This document shows positions 55,510-64,000 of a stretch of DNA of 64,000 nt, one piece after another. The position numbers and the translations under genes are program-made. Source of the stretch: a virus (lineage: Duplodnaviria > Heunggongvirae > Uroviricota > Caudoviricetes). The stretch lies in IMG/VR virus record IMGVR_UViG_3300043399_000371, positions 36,285 to 100,284 of that record, one strand, 5' to 3'. The notes beneath the pieces are model-generated. The model was given only the letters and a program-made list of their open reading frames with translations, was not told the DNA's origin and did not search any database. Position 1 is the first letter of the stretch. Each line of letters starts with the position of its first letter.

Positions 55510-57557
55510 TATGCAACATTCTCTAAGTTAACTACAATTGCTGCTGGATCGTTTTCGTCTATAGTAAGAATAGTATTTCTAACTGATTGAATTATTCCAT
55601 TTTGGACACCACAATTCAATCTAATATATCCATCAACATATGGGACAGATAATATATTTAAATCATTTAGTGTGAGTATACCATTTTCATAATCGATAGT
55701 ACCGGCATTATTATTTACGATGACTCTCTCAGAATTGATGTTATAATATACTGTTCTCAATGTTCCTATTTTTGTGTTGACGATAGGAACAGCAACAGCA
55801 CCAGAACCGCCACCACCAGTTATTGTAACGATTGCTGTTGTGTAATCGATACCGGGATTAGTTACAGTTATACTTTCAATTCTTCCAAATCTTATGGTTG
55901 CAGTTGCAGTTGCTCCAGAACCGTCTCCAGTAATAGTTACTGTTGGTGTTGTTGAATAGTTTACACCGGGATCTGTTATTCGTATCTCACTAATACCAGT
56001 AAATGATTTTGGTACTTCTTCTAATACAACAGTTCTTTGAATTCCATTAGAATCAAAAACAACGAATTCTGTTGATGAGAATTTGTTACTTGTTGTTCCC
56101 TGTAATAATGGTATATTGAAATTTATTGTATAATTTGTTTGTGTGTTTAATGTCGGTGTGAATCTTTTTTGAACTCTAGAAGTAGTGTCACAACCTATTA
56201 TGGAATTCAAATCTGTATTATTTATTGCTTCTTCCAACTTTGATGTAACAAATGTCGAAGAGAACTTGTTTAGATAAAGATCCTTAAAATCAATTATAGT
56301 CTGTCTTATTTGTTGTGCTAATGCTGTCTGAGTTAAAGTTGTTTTTGTTTTTCTATATTGTACTTTTGTATTAGTCATTAAAAACAAATATTCGGGATCT
56401 CTGATTTCTGTTTTTATTGTTGGCATTGATTTTGGTAGAATGATGTCGTTTATAATGCTTTGCTTTTCTGCTTCTGATATGAAGTAATTTTCTTTTGGTT
56501 TTAGTGAAACAAAAACCTTACCGAAAACAGGAGGAATCTCGTCCTCACCACCCCAAACAGAAATGGATTCTAGTGCAGCATATTCTCTCTTCAAATATGA
56601 AACGTAGTCATTAGATGTCACTAACCTGTTCTGTGAAACGAATTGTGTTGGCGCTAAAAACTTGATCTCATCAATTGTTTCTGCATCAGCACCACCAGAA
56701 GATTTTGATATCACATCAACAAAGAACGTGTTATACCCATCAACAGAATTTGCTACGGAGAAACCATCAATTCCATTTGCAGCTTTTCCGCTTGTTACCA
56801 AATATTCAACATTTACGACAGAACCATCTTTCAGTTTCTTACCTAAAACACCATCACCGAAATAGATGTCATATTTCTGATCTCTGCCTTCCTGTAAGAA
56901 GAAAACTAAGCTTGTCCCATCAATATCTGATATGTCTGTAACTTGATTGTATGTTTGTATTTCAGAATTGCTAATAGAATCTCTTACTGTAATTTTTATT
57001 GTTGAGGTGTCTATATTTTTTTCTGGAAGGGTGAATATTGATTTTGGGTTGCTTGATTCGACATAAACATAATCATAGTTAACCAAATTACCTTCATATA
57101 TCTCAAGGTCTTCAAATACAAAATCTGTTCCAACTTTTGTGACTGTTGTGTCATTTAGTAAAACAAAGTTGTAGGAAACAAAATCCAAAACACTAGACTT
57201 GAAGGTCAATCCTTTAGGTAATGTAAGAAGACCATATGTTGTATTTGATGTGGGTACTGTAATGTTTATTATTGCTCTTGAAGCTTTTGTTGAATAAGGG
57301 ACATAACCCAATGTTTTTGCGTGTGATACTACTGAATCCCTCAATATAGCAGAATCCAAGAAAGATTCGTTTGCTATCATGTTCAGATAGTATGCATTGT
57401 AGTGTGTGTTATATGCTAAGATATCCAATAAAATATTAAGACCAGAACCTTCAAAATCATAGTCTTGAAATTCTGATTGTGTTCTTAGAAAGTTTTTTAG
57501 ATTTCTTTTTATTGTATCGAAATCTAATTCTGCTATTTGCAATTTATTTGTTGACAT
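55509..57557 (-). CDS. gp6: baseplate wedge subunit
   Basis: ELDFDTIKRNLK, DYDFEGSGL..LLDILAYNTHYN, SVVSHAKTLGY, YFGDG..GK, QNRLVT..DY, SVWGGE. Confidence 0.95.
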   Translation of the reverse strand: MSTNKLQIAELDFDTIKRNLKNFLRTQSEFQDYDFEGSGLNILLDILAYNTHYNAYYLNMIANESFLDSAILRDSVVSHAKTLGYVPYSTKASRAIINITVPTSNTTYGLLTLPKGLTFKSSVLDFVSYNFVLLNDTTVTKVGTDFVFEDLEIYEGNLVNYDYVYVESSNPKSIFTLPEKNIDTSTIKITVRDSISNSEIQTYNQVTDISDIDGTSLVFFLQEGRDQKYDIYFGDGVLGKKLKDGSVVNVEYLVTSGKAANGIDGFSVANSVDGYNTFFVDVISKSSGGADAETIDEIKFLAPTQFVSQNRLVTSNDYVSYLKREYAALESISVWGGEDEIPPVFGKVFVSLKPKENYFISEAEKQSIINDIILPKSMPTIKTEIRDPEYLFLMTNTKVQYRKTKTTLTQTALAQQIRQTIIDFKDLYLNKFSSTFVTSKLEEAINNTDLNSIIGCDTTSRVQKRFTPTLNTQTNYTINFNIPLLQGTTSNKFSSTEFVVFDSNGIQRTVVLEEVPKSFTGISEIRITDPGVNYSTTPTVTITGDGSGATATATIRFGRIESITVTNPGIDYTTAIVTITGGGGSGAVAVPIVNTKIGTLRTVYYNINSERVIVNNNAGTIDYENGILTLNDLNILSVPYVDGYIRLNCGVQNGIIQSVRNTILTIDENDPAAIVVNLENVA

Positions 57558-57558
57558 T

Positions 57559-57963
57559 TTATCTTAATCTTTGTAATAAAAATTTAATTCTTACTGGATT
57601 GTTGGTGTTAATAACAGTAAATCCGACCTCTACATTAAATGCATTCTTTTCATATTCTGGTTTTACATTAACGTATTTTAGTAATGCTCTTGGTTCAAAA
57701 TTTGTTATGACGAGTTCTATTTCTCTTTTTAATGCAGAAGCAGTAATAATGTCCATATTTTCAAATAGTAGTTTCCTAATATTTGATCCAATTTCAGGAC
57801 GAAACGGCTTTTCATAAGACGAAATCAAAACAAGATTTTTTATTGAGTTTGTTACTGCAATCTCGTTTTTGTGTTTATTGATATCTTTCTTTACCGGATG
57901 AATAGTAAAATTCAAATCCAGATCTAGATATTGTTTTGCTGTCGGTATTGTTATCTGTGCCAT
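57559..57963 (-). CDS. gp25: baseplate wedge / sheath initiator
   Basis: YLDLDLNF..HPV, SIKNLVL, EKPFRPEIGSNI..LLFE, ITNFEPR. Confidence 0.92.
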   Translation of the reverse strand: MAQITIPTAKQYLDLDLNFTIHPVKKDINKHKNEIAVTNSIKNLVLISSYEKPFRPEIGSNIRKLLFENMDIITASALKREIELVITNFEPRALLKYVNVKPEYEKNAFNVEVGFTVINTNNPVRIKFLLQRLR

Positions 57964-57971
57964 AATTATAT

Positions 57972-58739
57972 TTATGTTGTTTGGATATAACTATTAACCA
58001 TATTTGCCTGTGCTTGTGCAATACTATTAATGAAATTTGCTGATGCCGTTCTTATCTGTATGGTTGAATTTACAAATGCCTGTTCGTCTGCCTCTCTCTT
58101 TTCATCAACAAAAATAGTCAACTGAGAAAAAGATGATGTCATTTCATTAATTCTTTGTGTTGTCAGAGTTGTTGTGTTTGATGACTCACCAACGACAATA
58201 CTATTTGTTATTTCTTGTGGATATCCGCCAACTTCTGCCAAGAAAGATGTTAAATTGGAATATGTGTATGCACTTGCAAAATTGTCTTTCAGATATGTGT
58301 CATCAACAATATTGTTTTGAACATAATTGATGTATGCCAAAGATCTTCCAATATTAGCGACCACAATGAGATATGGAACTGGTCTTGTGACTTCATCTGT
58401 TCCGGGTTGTGTTTTTCCGCATAGTCTGTTAGTATGCATGAAGAATTCTGTGGTTTGTTCGAATGCTGTTTGTGCTGTTTGTTTTAGGTTCTCAAGAGCA
58501 ACAACATCACTACAAGCATCTCTTGAGTCACTTGATGCTGTCATGAGGCTTATAGTTACATTCGAAACAGGATTTACCCAATCGTTAGTATCGGTAAAAT
58601 CCACATTATCTGCTAGTGGGTCTGCCATGATGATTTCTGGATAGCATCTTATATTACTTGCTCCCGGATTTGACATCCTTTGAACTATAGGTGGAACATT
58701 TGTATTTGCAGATTTTGGATTATTATAAGCATAGAACAT
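57972..58739 (-). CDS. hypothetical helical protein between genes 5 and 25
   Basis: 255-aa ORF, AAGGA SD, in operon. Confidence 0.7.
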   Translation of the reverse strand: MFYAYNNPKSANTNVPPIVQRMSNPGASNIRCYPEIIMADPLADNVDFTDTNDWVNPVSNVTISLMTASSDSRDACSDVVALENLKQTAQTAFEQTTEFFMHTNRLCGKTQPGTDEVTRPVPYLIVVANIGRSLAYINYVQNNIVDDTYLKDNFASAYTYSNLTSFLAEVGGYPQEITNSIVVGESSNTTTLTTQRINEMTSSFSQLTIFVDEKREADEQAFVNSTIQIRTASANFINSIAQAQANMVNSYIQTT

Positions 58740-58751
58740 AATATATTTCCT

Positions 58752-59681
58752 TTAAACCATTGGTGGAACAGGAATACCAGTCCATCCTCTAGGGGCTGGA
58801 TGTGTGTGGCAATCATACATTGAGGTGTTTACTAAGTCTGTCATTAATATTGCGCCCATAGTACCAAAGGTTCCTAATGGCGCATTAACAACACCAGAAG
58901 AAGAAACAGCAGCAAGAGCATATACAACACCGGGAACAGCAAAAGGTATGCCAACAGAAAGACCACCAAATTGAGAAACGAAACCAAGAGGTCCAGCACT
59001 CATACCAGTACCAGCATCTACTCTGGTTGCTGAAGTCATTTTATCTGCAACGATTTCTCCAGATGTGAATAGATCTCCAAATAGATGTAGATAACCACCT
59101 GTGTTTATATTTAATGTTCCTGTTACAGATGTTGGATTTACAGTAACACGCATATCATCGTTTGATATTATGTTAGTTTCTTTTTCTACAGTTTGTGTAA
59201 AATTACCCTCAACAACTAGATCGTAATCACCCTTAACTCTTTGTGTTAGATTTCCTTCGATGTTGATATTGACATCACCAGTAATTGTCATGTTACATTT
59301 ACCACCAACAATTATGTGTTTGTCTTTTACTGTAATATCGTATCCATCACCTTGTATTTTATGAACAACAGTACCATCTGGATGCATCTCAATAAATGAT
59401 TCGATTCTGTGTTGAATCCTCACCCTTTCTCTTCCGGGTGTATCATCCATTTCAAATGTATGTCCAGATTCGGATTGTGTTATCTTGTTGTATGGGTATT
59501 TTGGTTTTGTGTCTTCGTTTGCTTTTGATTCTGGCTCGATACCAAAACTTCCAAGTTCTTTTGTTATATCAGATGTAGCAGTACCAGATGAAACATCATC
59601 TTGTAATGTCTGAACTTCGGAATCGAGTTCTACTGAAACCTGTGGTTCCAGATCAGCTATTTGTGTAAATGTTTCTGCCAT
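58752..59681 (-). CDS. gp5: baseplate hub spike, C-terminal part (gp5C-like beta-helix) with HTH metal-binding tip
   Basis: KYPYNKITQSESGHTFEMDDTPGRERVRIQH, V.G....TV.G repeats, terminal CHTHP. Confidence 0.8.
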   Translation of the reverse strand: MAETFTQIADLEPQVSVELDSEVQTLQDDVSSGTATSDITKELGSFGIEPESKANEDTKPKYPYNKITQSESGHTFEMDDTPGRERVRIQHRIESFIEMHPDGTVVHKIQGDGYDITVKDKHIIVGGKCNMTITGDVNINIEGNLTQRVKGDYDLVVEGNFTQTVEKETNIISNDDMRVTVNPTSVTGTLNINTGGYLHLFGDLFTSGEIVADKMTSATRVDAGTGMSAGPLGFVSQFGGLSVGIPFAVPGVVYALAAVSSSGVVNAPLGTFGTMGAILMTDLVNTSMYDCHTHPAPRGWTGIPVPPMV

Positions 59682-59682
59682 A

Positions 59683-60855
59683 TTAAAGTTCCGGTGTAGG
59701 TTCTACTGGTGTGTTTGGATCGGTATTCATGTTAAATTGAGAAGATGTGAATTGTGTTGCTGCTGCACTCACTTCTGATGATATGTATTTTCCAATATCA
59801 CTAGTCACAGTATTCAAATCTTCTATACTGGATATGTCACTCAATCCGTTCACAATATTTTCGGCAGCAGGAGTTAATGCTGAATTTGCATTCAATAGAT
59901 TAGATGCTGCATTAAATGTGTCGTTTATTACTTGACCAGTTGTTTGTATCTCTTGTTTTAGTTCTGTTAATGAAGGCAATCCATCTATACCAACAGCAGA
60001 AGAAATTAATTGTTTAATATCATTAAATACTTTTTTAATACAATTCAAAACAAATTTAATTAGTCTTGCTGGTAATGAAAGAATGAAAGATAAAATTGCT
60101 CTTAATAAATTGATTATATTAAATATTCTCTTTATCATGTCGGCAATAACTTTTATGTAATCTCTTATTCTTTTTAGTTCTGCTTGTATCCCCTGAAGAA
60201 TACTTATTGCTTGCGAAACTAGACCTGTTGGGTCAAAACCTAATGCTTTAATTAATGCTCTTATTGCTTGTCTTATCTTTTCAATTGCTTTTGCTAAAAA
60301 TGTATCCTTTGCGATTTTTGCATTTGCGATTGCTTTCACATCACAGGCATGGGATAGTGAACTATTTGTGTTATAAACACCAGTTCTTTCGACAATACCT
60401 CTTGAAAGGTTTGGATATGTTGCAGGTTTACCAGAAACCCTAGTATCAACATTTTCTTTTGGTTTTGGTCCTGCCTCAACCTGTGCTGCTGATAACCCAT
60501 CACCAACGAAGCCTTCATTCTTCTGCTGAACAAATGTTTTTCCCGCAACATTTACTGCCTGATCGATACCAGAAAAGACACCAACCACAACTGGAATTTG
60601 TGCAGCTTCACCGTCTTGGAAGAATCCCCAAACCCAATCTCCTTCACGCGGACCTGATGAAGTTTGGGCGCCTGTGGTTGGGTGCAATTGTTGTGCCCAA
60701 GGTAAAGCACTTGTTGGTACTAGTTCTTTTTCTTTTGGGTGGAGTCCTATGATACGAACACGAAGACAACCCATCTTCAATGGATCTATTCTATCTTCGA
60801 CGCATCCTACCCACCAGACAAAAGGTTTCTTGCCGTAAAAATCTTCACTTAACAT
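59683..60855 (-). CDS. gp5: baseplate hub spike, N-terminal OB-fold part (gp5N-like)
   Basis: FVWWVGCVEDRIDPL..G..RVRIIGLH, LPWA, GDWVWGFFQDGE.AQIPVVVG; helical C-half; no lysozyme motif seen. Confidence 0.82.
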   Translation of the reverse strand: MLSEDFYGKKPFVWWVGCVEDRIDPLKMGCLRVRIIGLHPKEKELVPTSALPWAQQLHPTTGAQTSSGPREGDWVWGFFQDGEAAQIPVVVGVFSGIDQAVNVAGKTFVQQKNEGFVGDGLSAAQVEAGPKPKENVDTRVSGKPATYPNLSRGIVERTGVYNTNSSLSHACDVKAIANAKIAKDTFLAKAIEKIRQAIRALIKALGFDPTGLVSQAISILQGIQAELKRIRDYIKVIADMIKRIFNIINLLRAILSFILSLPARLIKFVLNCIKKVFNDIKQLISSAVGIDGLPSLTELKQEIQTTGQVINDTFNAASNLLNANSALTPAAENIVNGLSDISSIEDLNTVTSDIGKYISSEVSAAATQFTSSQFNMNTDPNTPVEPTPEL

Positions 60856-60856
60856 T

Positions 60857-62209
60857 TTATTTTTGCTTTATTGAGGAATCTGATGCTACTTCTATTAGAG
60901 TTTCGTGTCTGTCATATTTAATTGTATGACGAACACCTGTAATGATGTATCTTCCACTAAATTCAATATCTCTGCTATCTACGGAGACATCATTTTCATA
61001 ATTTGCACCAGTATATTTAGGGACATCAAGTTCAACCATAATGCCTGTATATAATGCAAAATTACCGGGCATTGTTAGCTGAAGTCTTTTCATAGCCAAA
61101 TTTCCAAAAAAGTGTTTTCTTTGGAAAACGTATTCATGTGTGTTATCATCCATCAATGCTAATTCTGGATTAAACTCTTTTACATATTCGCCTTCTTGTG
61201 TTGTTCTTGGATATGAAAACGGATATGTTGTTACTCTAGACTTTTTGAATTCTTCTGTTGGTAACATATCATTTTTTATTTCTGGTAATTTTTTGGTCAA
61301 TGGAATATTTGGGTATGGGTTCGCATGATGCTCTTTTCCAAGTTGATACAAGTTTGAAAACGTGAAAACATTTTCTTTGTATGTTCTTGTTAGTGTATCA
61401 AAACCAACAAATGTCCCACCATAAACACCACTCATTAGACTTTCTAGAACAGTAAATTGTGATACTATTTTCAGATCTCTTGCGCCAAAAAGTTCAGTAC
61501 CAAGCTTATTACCCTTCATATCTTTCCAGAAAAAGTTAATTTTATATGAGGTTGGGTAATCGAATAAACGTGATAATGATGCAAAACAATAACCATGTTT
61601 TATTTCAAAAAACACAAAATCTGGTTTTTTGTTTTGCCATATTGCTCGTCTTGCTATCCAGTCTATTCCTTGAAATGGTGTAAGATTTGGAATAACAATA
61701 TGGTGTATTCCAAGAGATTCGACCCAATATGGTTTGTATATTTTTGGACCATTCAGAGTATTCAATATTTTTTCAGCAATACTTGAATATGTCCCCTTGT
61801 AATACTTCTGTTCCTTTGTATTCTCGGAAAGCAAATGTTCTTCTGATGTGAAATGTAATGTGTATATCTGTGCAGTAGCAGATACGTTTGTTCTATTTTG
61901 TACTTTGTGTATTCTGAATCTCTTATCGAAACTTAGTTCTTCGATTTCTTCCTCTGCATTGACTTTTTTGATTTTTATGTGTATAAACTCATTACCATCA
62001 AGAGAAAGAGAATCTATCATTCCGAGACCGTCTCTTATCACTATATTACCAGACATACACGAAACGAACATATTATCGAATATGCTCAACTCTTCAAATA
62101 TAGAACTCACATCGTAAGAAAAGTCAGAACCATTTGGATATTTACCAATTATCTCTAACTTCTCAATAAAAAAATCTGTTGGGTTGACTGCTTGTTGTGA
62201 ATTACTCAT
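60857..62209 (-). CDS. baseplate hub protein (gp27-like)
   Basis: EELSIFDN...MSG.I.I.DG, YTLHFTSEE, FVFFE...GY.F.SL, PGNFAL..G..V, SGRYIITGVRH. Start set at MSNSQ. Confidence 0.72.
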   Translation of the reverse strand: MSNSQQAVNPTDFFIEKLEIIGKYPNGSDFSYDVSSIFEELSIFDNMFVSCMSGNIVIRDGLGMIDSLSLDGNEFIHIKIKKVNAEEEIEELSFDKRFRIHKVQNRTNVSATAQIYTLHFTSEEHLLSENTKEQKYYKGTYSSIAEKILNTLNGPKIYKPYWVESLGIHHIVIPNLTPFQGIDWIARRAIWQNKKPDFVFFEIKHGYCFASLSRLFDYPTSYKINFFWKDMKGNKLGTELFGARDLKIVSQFTVLESLMSGVYGGTFVGFDTLTRTYKENVFTFSNLYQLGKEHHANPYPNIPLTKKLPEIKNDMLPTEEFKKSRVTTYPFSYPRTTQEGEYVKEFNPELALMDDNTHEYVFQRKHFFGNLAMKRLQLTMPGNFALYTGIMVELDVPKYTGANYENDVSVDSRDIEFSGRYIITGVRHTIKYDRHETLIEVASDSSIKQK

Positions 62210-62834
62210 TAAAAATACTTTCAAATTGTGATTGTGCTATATCGAGAAATTGTAGTTTCAATACCTTAATATTTCTCCTACTCTCATTTATATCTCTTTC
62301 ATACTCAAAATAACTTTTAACTTTTTTGGTTGTTGTTTCTGTTATTGTGTTGCCATCTGGAAGTGTTATACTGTTTGTGTCATTTGTTAAAGCGTTGTAT
62401 GTTGCCTCATCTATCTGCAATTCTGTAACGATAGTTTTTGTTTGTATTTTTTGAGATATGACTTTATAATAGGAGTGTGTATTTGTTCTTGCCCACTCCA
62501 GACCATTTTTGTTTTCTAATAGACCTTCAGCAGAATATTTGTTTTTAACATATTCGTTAAATGTCCTTTCATCCAAAACCCAATCAAACAAAGGGTTCAC
62601 TATGTCATTCATTAACAGAATGATCCAATGCTTTTCAGATGATCCATAGAAACGATGTGCTAGCATTTCTGGAGTTTCGCCATCTTTTACGATATACTCA
62701 TAATAGGCAATAGAATTTTCTTTCAATTTTTCATCGAAAGAAAATCTAGAGGTTATTTTTGTTGCTATAACATTCGATTCCTTTTCCGAAAATCTATATT
62801 CGGTTAGGGGGAAGAAATTAAAATATTTTGCCAT
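62202..62834 (-). CDS. gp53: baseplate wedge subunit (LysM-like)
   Basis: YFNFFP, YIVKDGETPEMLA..FYG..EKHWIILLMN.I.NP..DW, YE...NESRRNIK.L. Confidence 0.92.
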   Translation of the reverse strand: MAKYFNFFPLTEYRFSEKESNVIATKITSRFSFDEKLKENSIAYYEYIVKDGETPEMLAHRFYGSSEKHWIILLMNDIVNPLFDWVLDERTFNEYVKNKYSAEGLLENKNGLEWARTNTHSYYKVISQKIQTKTIVTELQIDEATYNALTNDTNSITLPDGNTITETTTKKVKSYFEYERDINESRRNIKVLKLQFLDIAQSQFESIFNE

Positions 62835-62836
62835 TT

Positions 62837-63913
62837 TTAAACGTCTGTCGATGATTCAAAAGGATTTCCAGAATCCTCTTGTATTTGTTGTGTTTCTGGT
62901 GTAGATGTTGTTTGTTCTCCATAACCAGCAGATGCAGCATAGTTTTCTTTTGTCATGTATTCCATCTCTAGGAAAGAAAGTGTCATACCAATAACAACAG
63001 GCATACCAGTTTTTCCGTTTGATGGTGTTGGTTCCCCGAAAACTTCATATGCCGCCCAACCATTTGGAGCATAGTCCAGATCAATACTTTCTAGAACACA
63101 AGTTGATATGCTTTCTATATTCGGATTCTTTTGCCCATTATAGAAGAATTCAATATCAAACGTTGAAGGTGGAACTAGGAAGAAACCCTTAGATCCTTTA
63201 AGTATTTCTGGTGCTTGATGGAATTTCAGTTTAGATATAATACTATTCAATTCTTGCGCTTCCTTCACATTCCTTGGATACATTTTAAACTCAAATGAAA
63301 ACTTCCTCATTGATGGGGATTGGTAAATGATTTCCATCATAGGGTTCATGACCATACCAGTTAATTGTCTAAATGCGCCGTTCCAGAATGGGTCTTTTTG
63401 TGTAAGTATTCCTGCTGCCGCCCCGAGAACAGCAATCGAAGCGTTTCTAGCAGAACCCGAAATCTGATCTTTACTTCCAGCCCTAGCCTTCATATTTTCT
63501 TGGAATGAACCCATACCAGTCAATGCTGCGGCTTTCCAGTTCTTACCGAAATTTGGTGCATCAAACTCTTGTCTGTTACTGAATGCCAAGGTGTCTGGAA
63601 TATATAATGCTATTGCTTCTTTAGTTCGTTGTACATTATTATAAGAACTTAGAATGCTTTCAATACCACCAAGATTTTTCAAATTGGTCATATTGTATTC
63701 CATGTTTGTCGGTGTGTTACCATCAACTTCAAAATCGTACTTCGATCTTTTTTGTGTGTTGATATATAACAACATATAGTGACCTTTATCCGTCGATCCT
63801 AAATCAACTGGATACCTAAGTACATTATAACCCTGTGCTGGATTGTCTAATGCATTTGAGTATGTGCGTTCTTCGTCACTAACAGAAATATCTGTAAAAG
63901 TAAATAACCCCAT
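62837..63913 (-). CDS. gp48: baseplate tail-tube cap
   Basis: LRYP.D, IALYIP, NPMME.IY..P.MRKFSFEFKM.PRN..EA, P..F.I, CVL..I.LDYAP, L.F.E.E..TK. Confidence 0.9.
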   Translation of the reverse strand: MGLFTFTDISVSDEERTYSNALDNPAQGYNVLRYPVDLGSTDKGHYMLLYINTQKRSKYDFEVDGNTPTNMEYNMTNLKNLGGIESILSSYNNVQRTKEAIALYIPDTLAFSNRQEFDAPNFGKNWKAAALTGMGSFQENMKARAGSKDQISGSARNASIAVLGAAAGILTQKDPFWNGAFRQLTGMVMNPMMEIIYQSPSMRKFSFEFKMYPRNVKEAQELNSIISKLKFHQAPEILKGSKGFFLVPPSTFDIEFFYNGQKNPNIESISTCVLESIDLDYAPNGWAAYEVFGEPTPSNGKTGMPVVIGMTLSFLEMEYMTKENYAASAGYGEQTTSTPETQQIQEDSGNPFESSTDV

Positions 63914-63949
63914 ATATTTTCCTATTGTTTTATAAAGTATTTATGCGTT

Positions 63950-64000
63950 ATGCTAAAAGGAATACCGAAACCAAAAATATTTAAACCAAAAAATCCCCAA
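63950..64000 (+). CDS. gp4: head completion nuclease, N-terminus only
   Basis: Translated by hand: MLKGIPKPKIFKPKNPQ (FKPKNP motif of gp4); divergent from the baseplate operon as in other T4-like phages. Confidence 0.7.
   Translation, partial: MLKGIPKPKIFKPKNPQ

Noticed and set aside
1-64000. tRNA or rRNA genes
   Set aside because: Intergenic gaps are short and accounted for by promoters, hairpins or small ORFs; no cloverleaf or T-loop motif seen by eye. tRNAscan-SE would confirm.
1-64000. Stop-codon reassignment
   Set aside because: Core genes are full length in the standard code and end in TAA, TGA or TAG.

Overview
This is a 64-kb, AT-rich segment of a large T4-like myovirus genome, almost entirely encoded on the minus strand. 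In window order it holds: (1) a replication/recombination block (partial gp45 clamp, gp1 dNMP kinase, a GT-A protein, an HTH protein, a MoxR/CobS-type AAA+ ATPase with a VWA-metallopeptidase partner, peptide deformylase, gp46, gp47, gp55, uvsW, uvsY); (2) head, tail and packaging genes (3, 23, 22, 21, 68, 67, 20, 19, 18, 17, 16, 15, 14, 13), with a Dps/ferritin-like gene between 16 and 17 and free-standing GIY-YIG homing endonucleases beside 23 and 19; (3) an accessory block at about 28.7-45.9 kb in which tail-fibre-like genes alternate with two clusters of glycosyltransferase, methyltransferase, radical-SAM and oxygenase-like genes; (4) baseplate genes (DUF4815/VrlC-like giant, 8, 7, 6, 25, split 5, 27-like, 53, 48) and the start of gene 4 on the plus strand. 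The top candidate for an undescribed system is the accessory block. Each GT cluster abuts a Ser/Tyr/Gly-repeat virion-type protein and lies behind late-promoter-like motifs, which suggests a phage-encoded fibre/virion glycosylation and tailoring pathway. This is inference. I also found three genes missing from the ORF track (gp45, gp67, a 55-aa ORF), the partial gp4, and a collapsed homing-endonuclease relic that retains its late-promoter/hairpin control. All family calls come from motif recognition and synteny; no database searches were run. I saw no tRNA, rRNA, CRISPR array, intron or intein.
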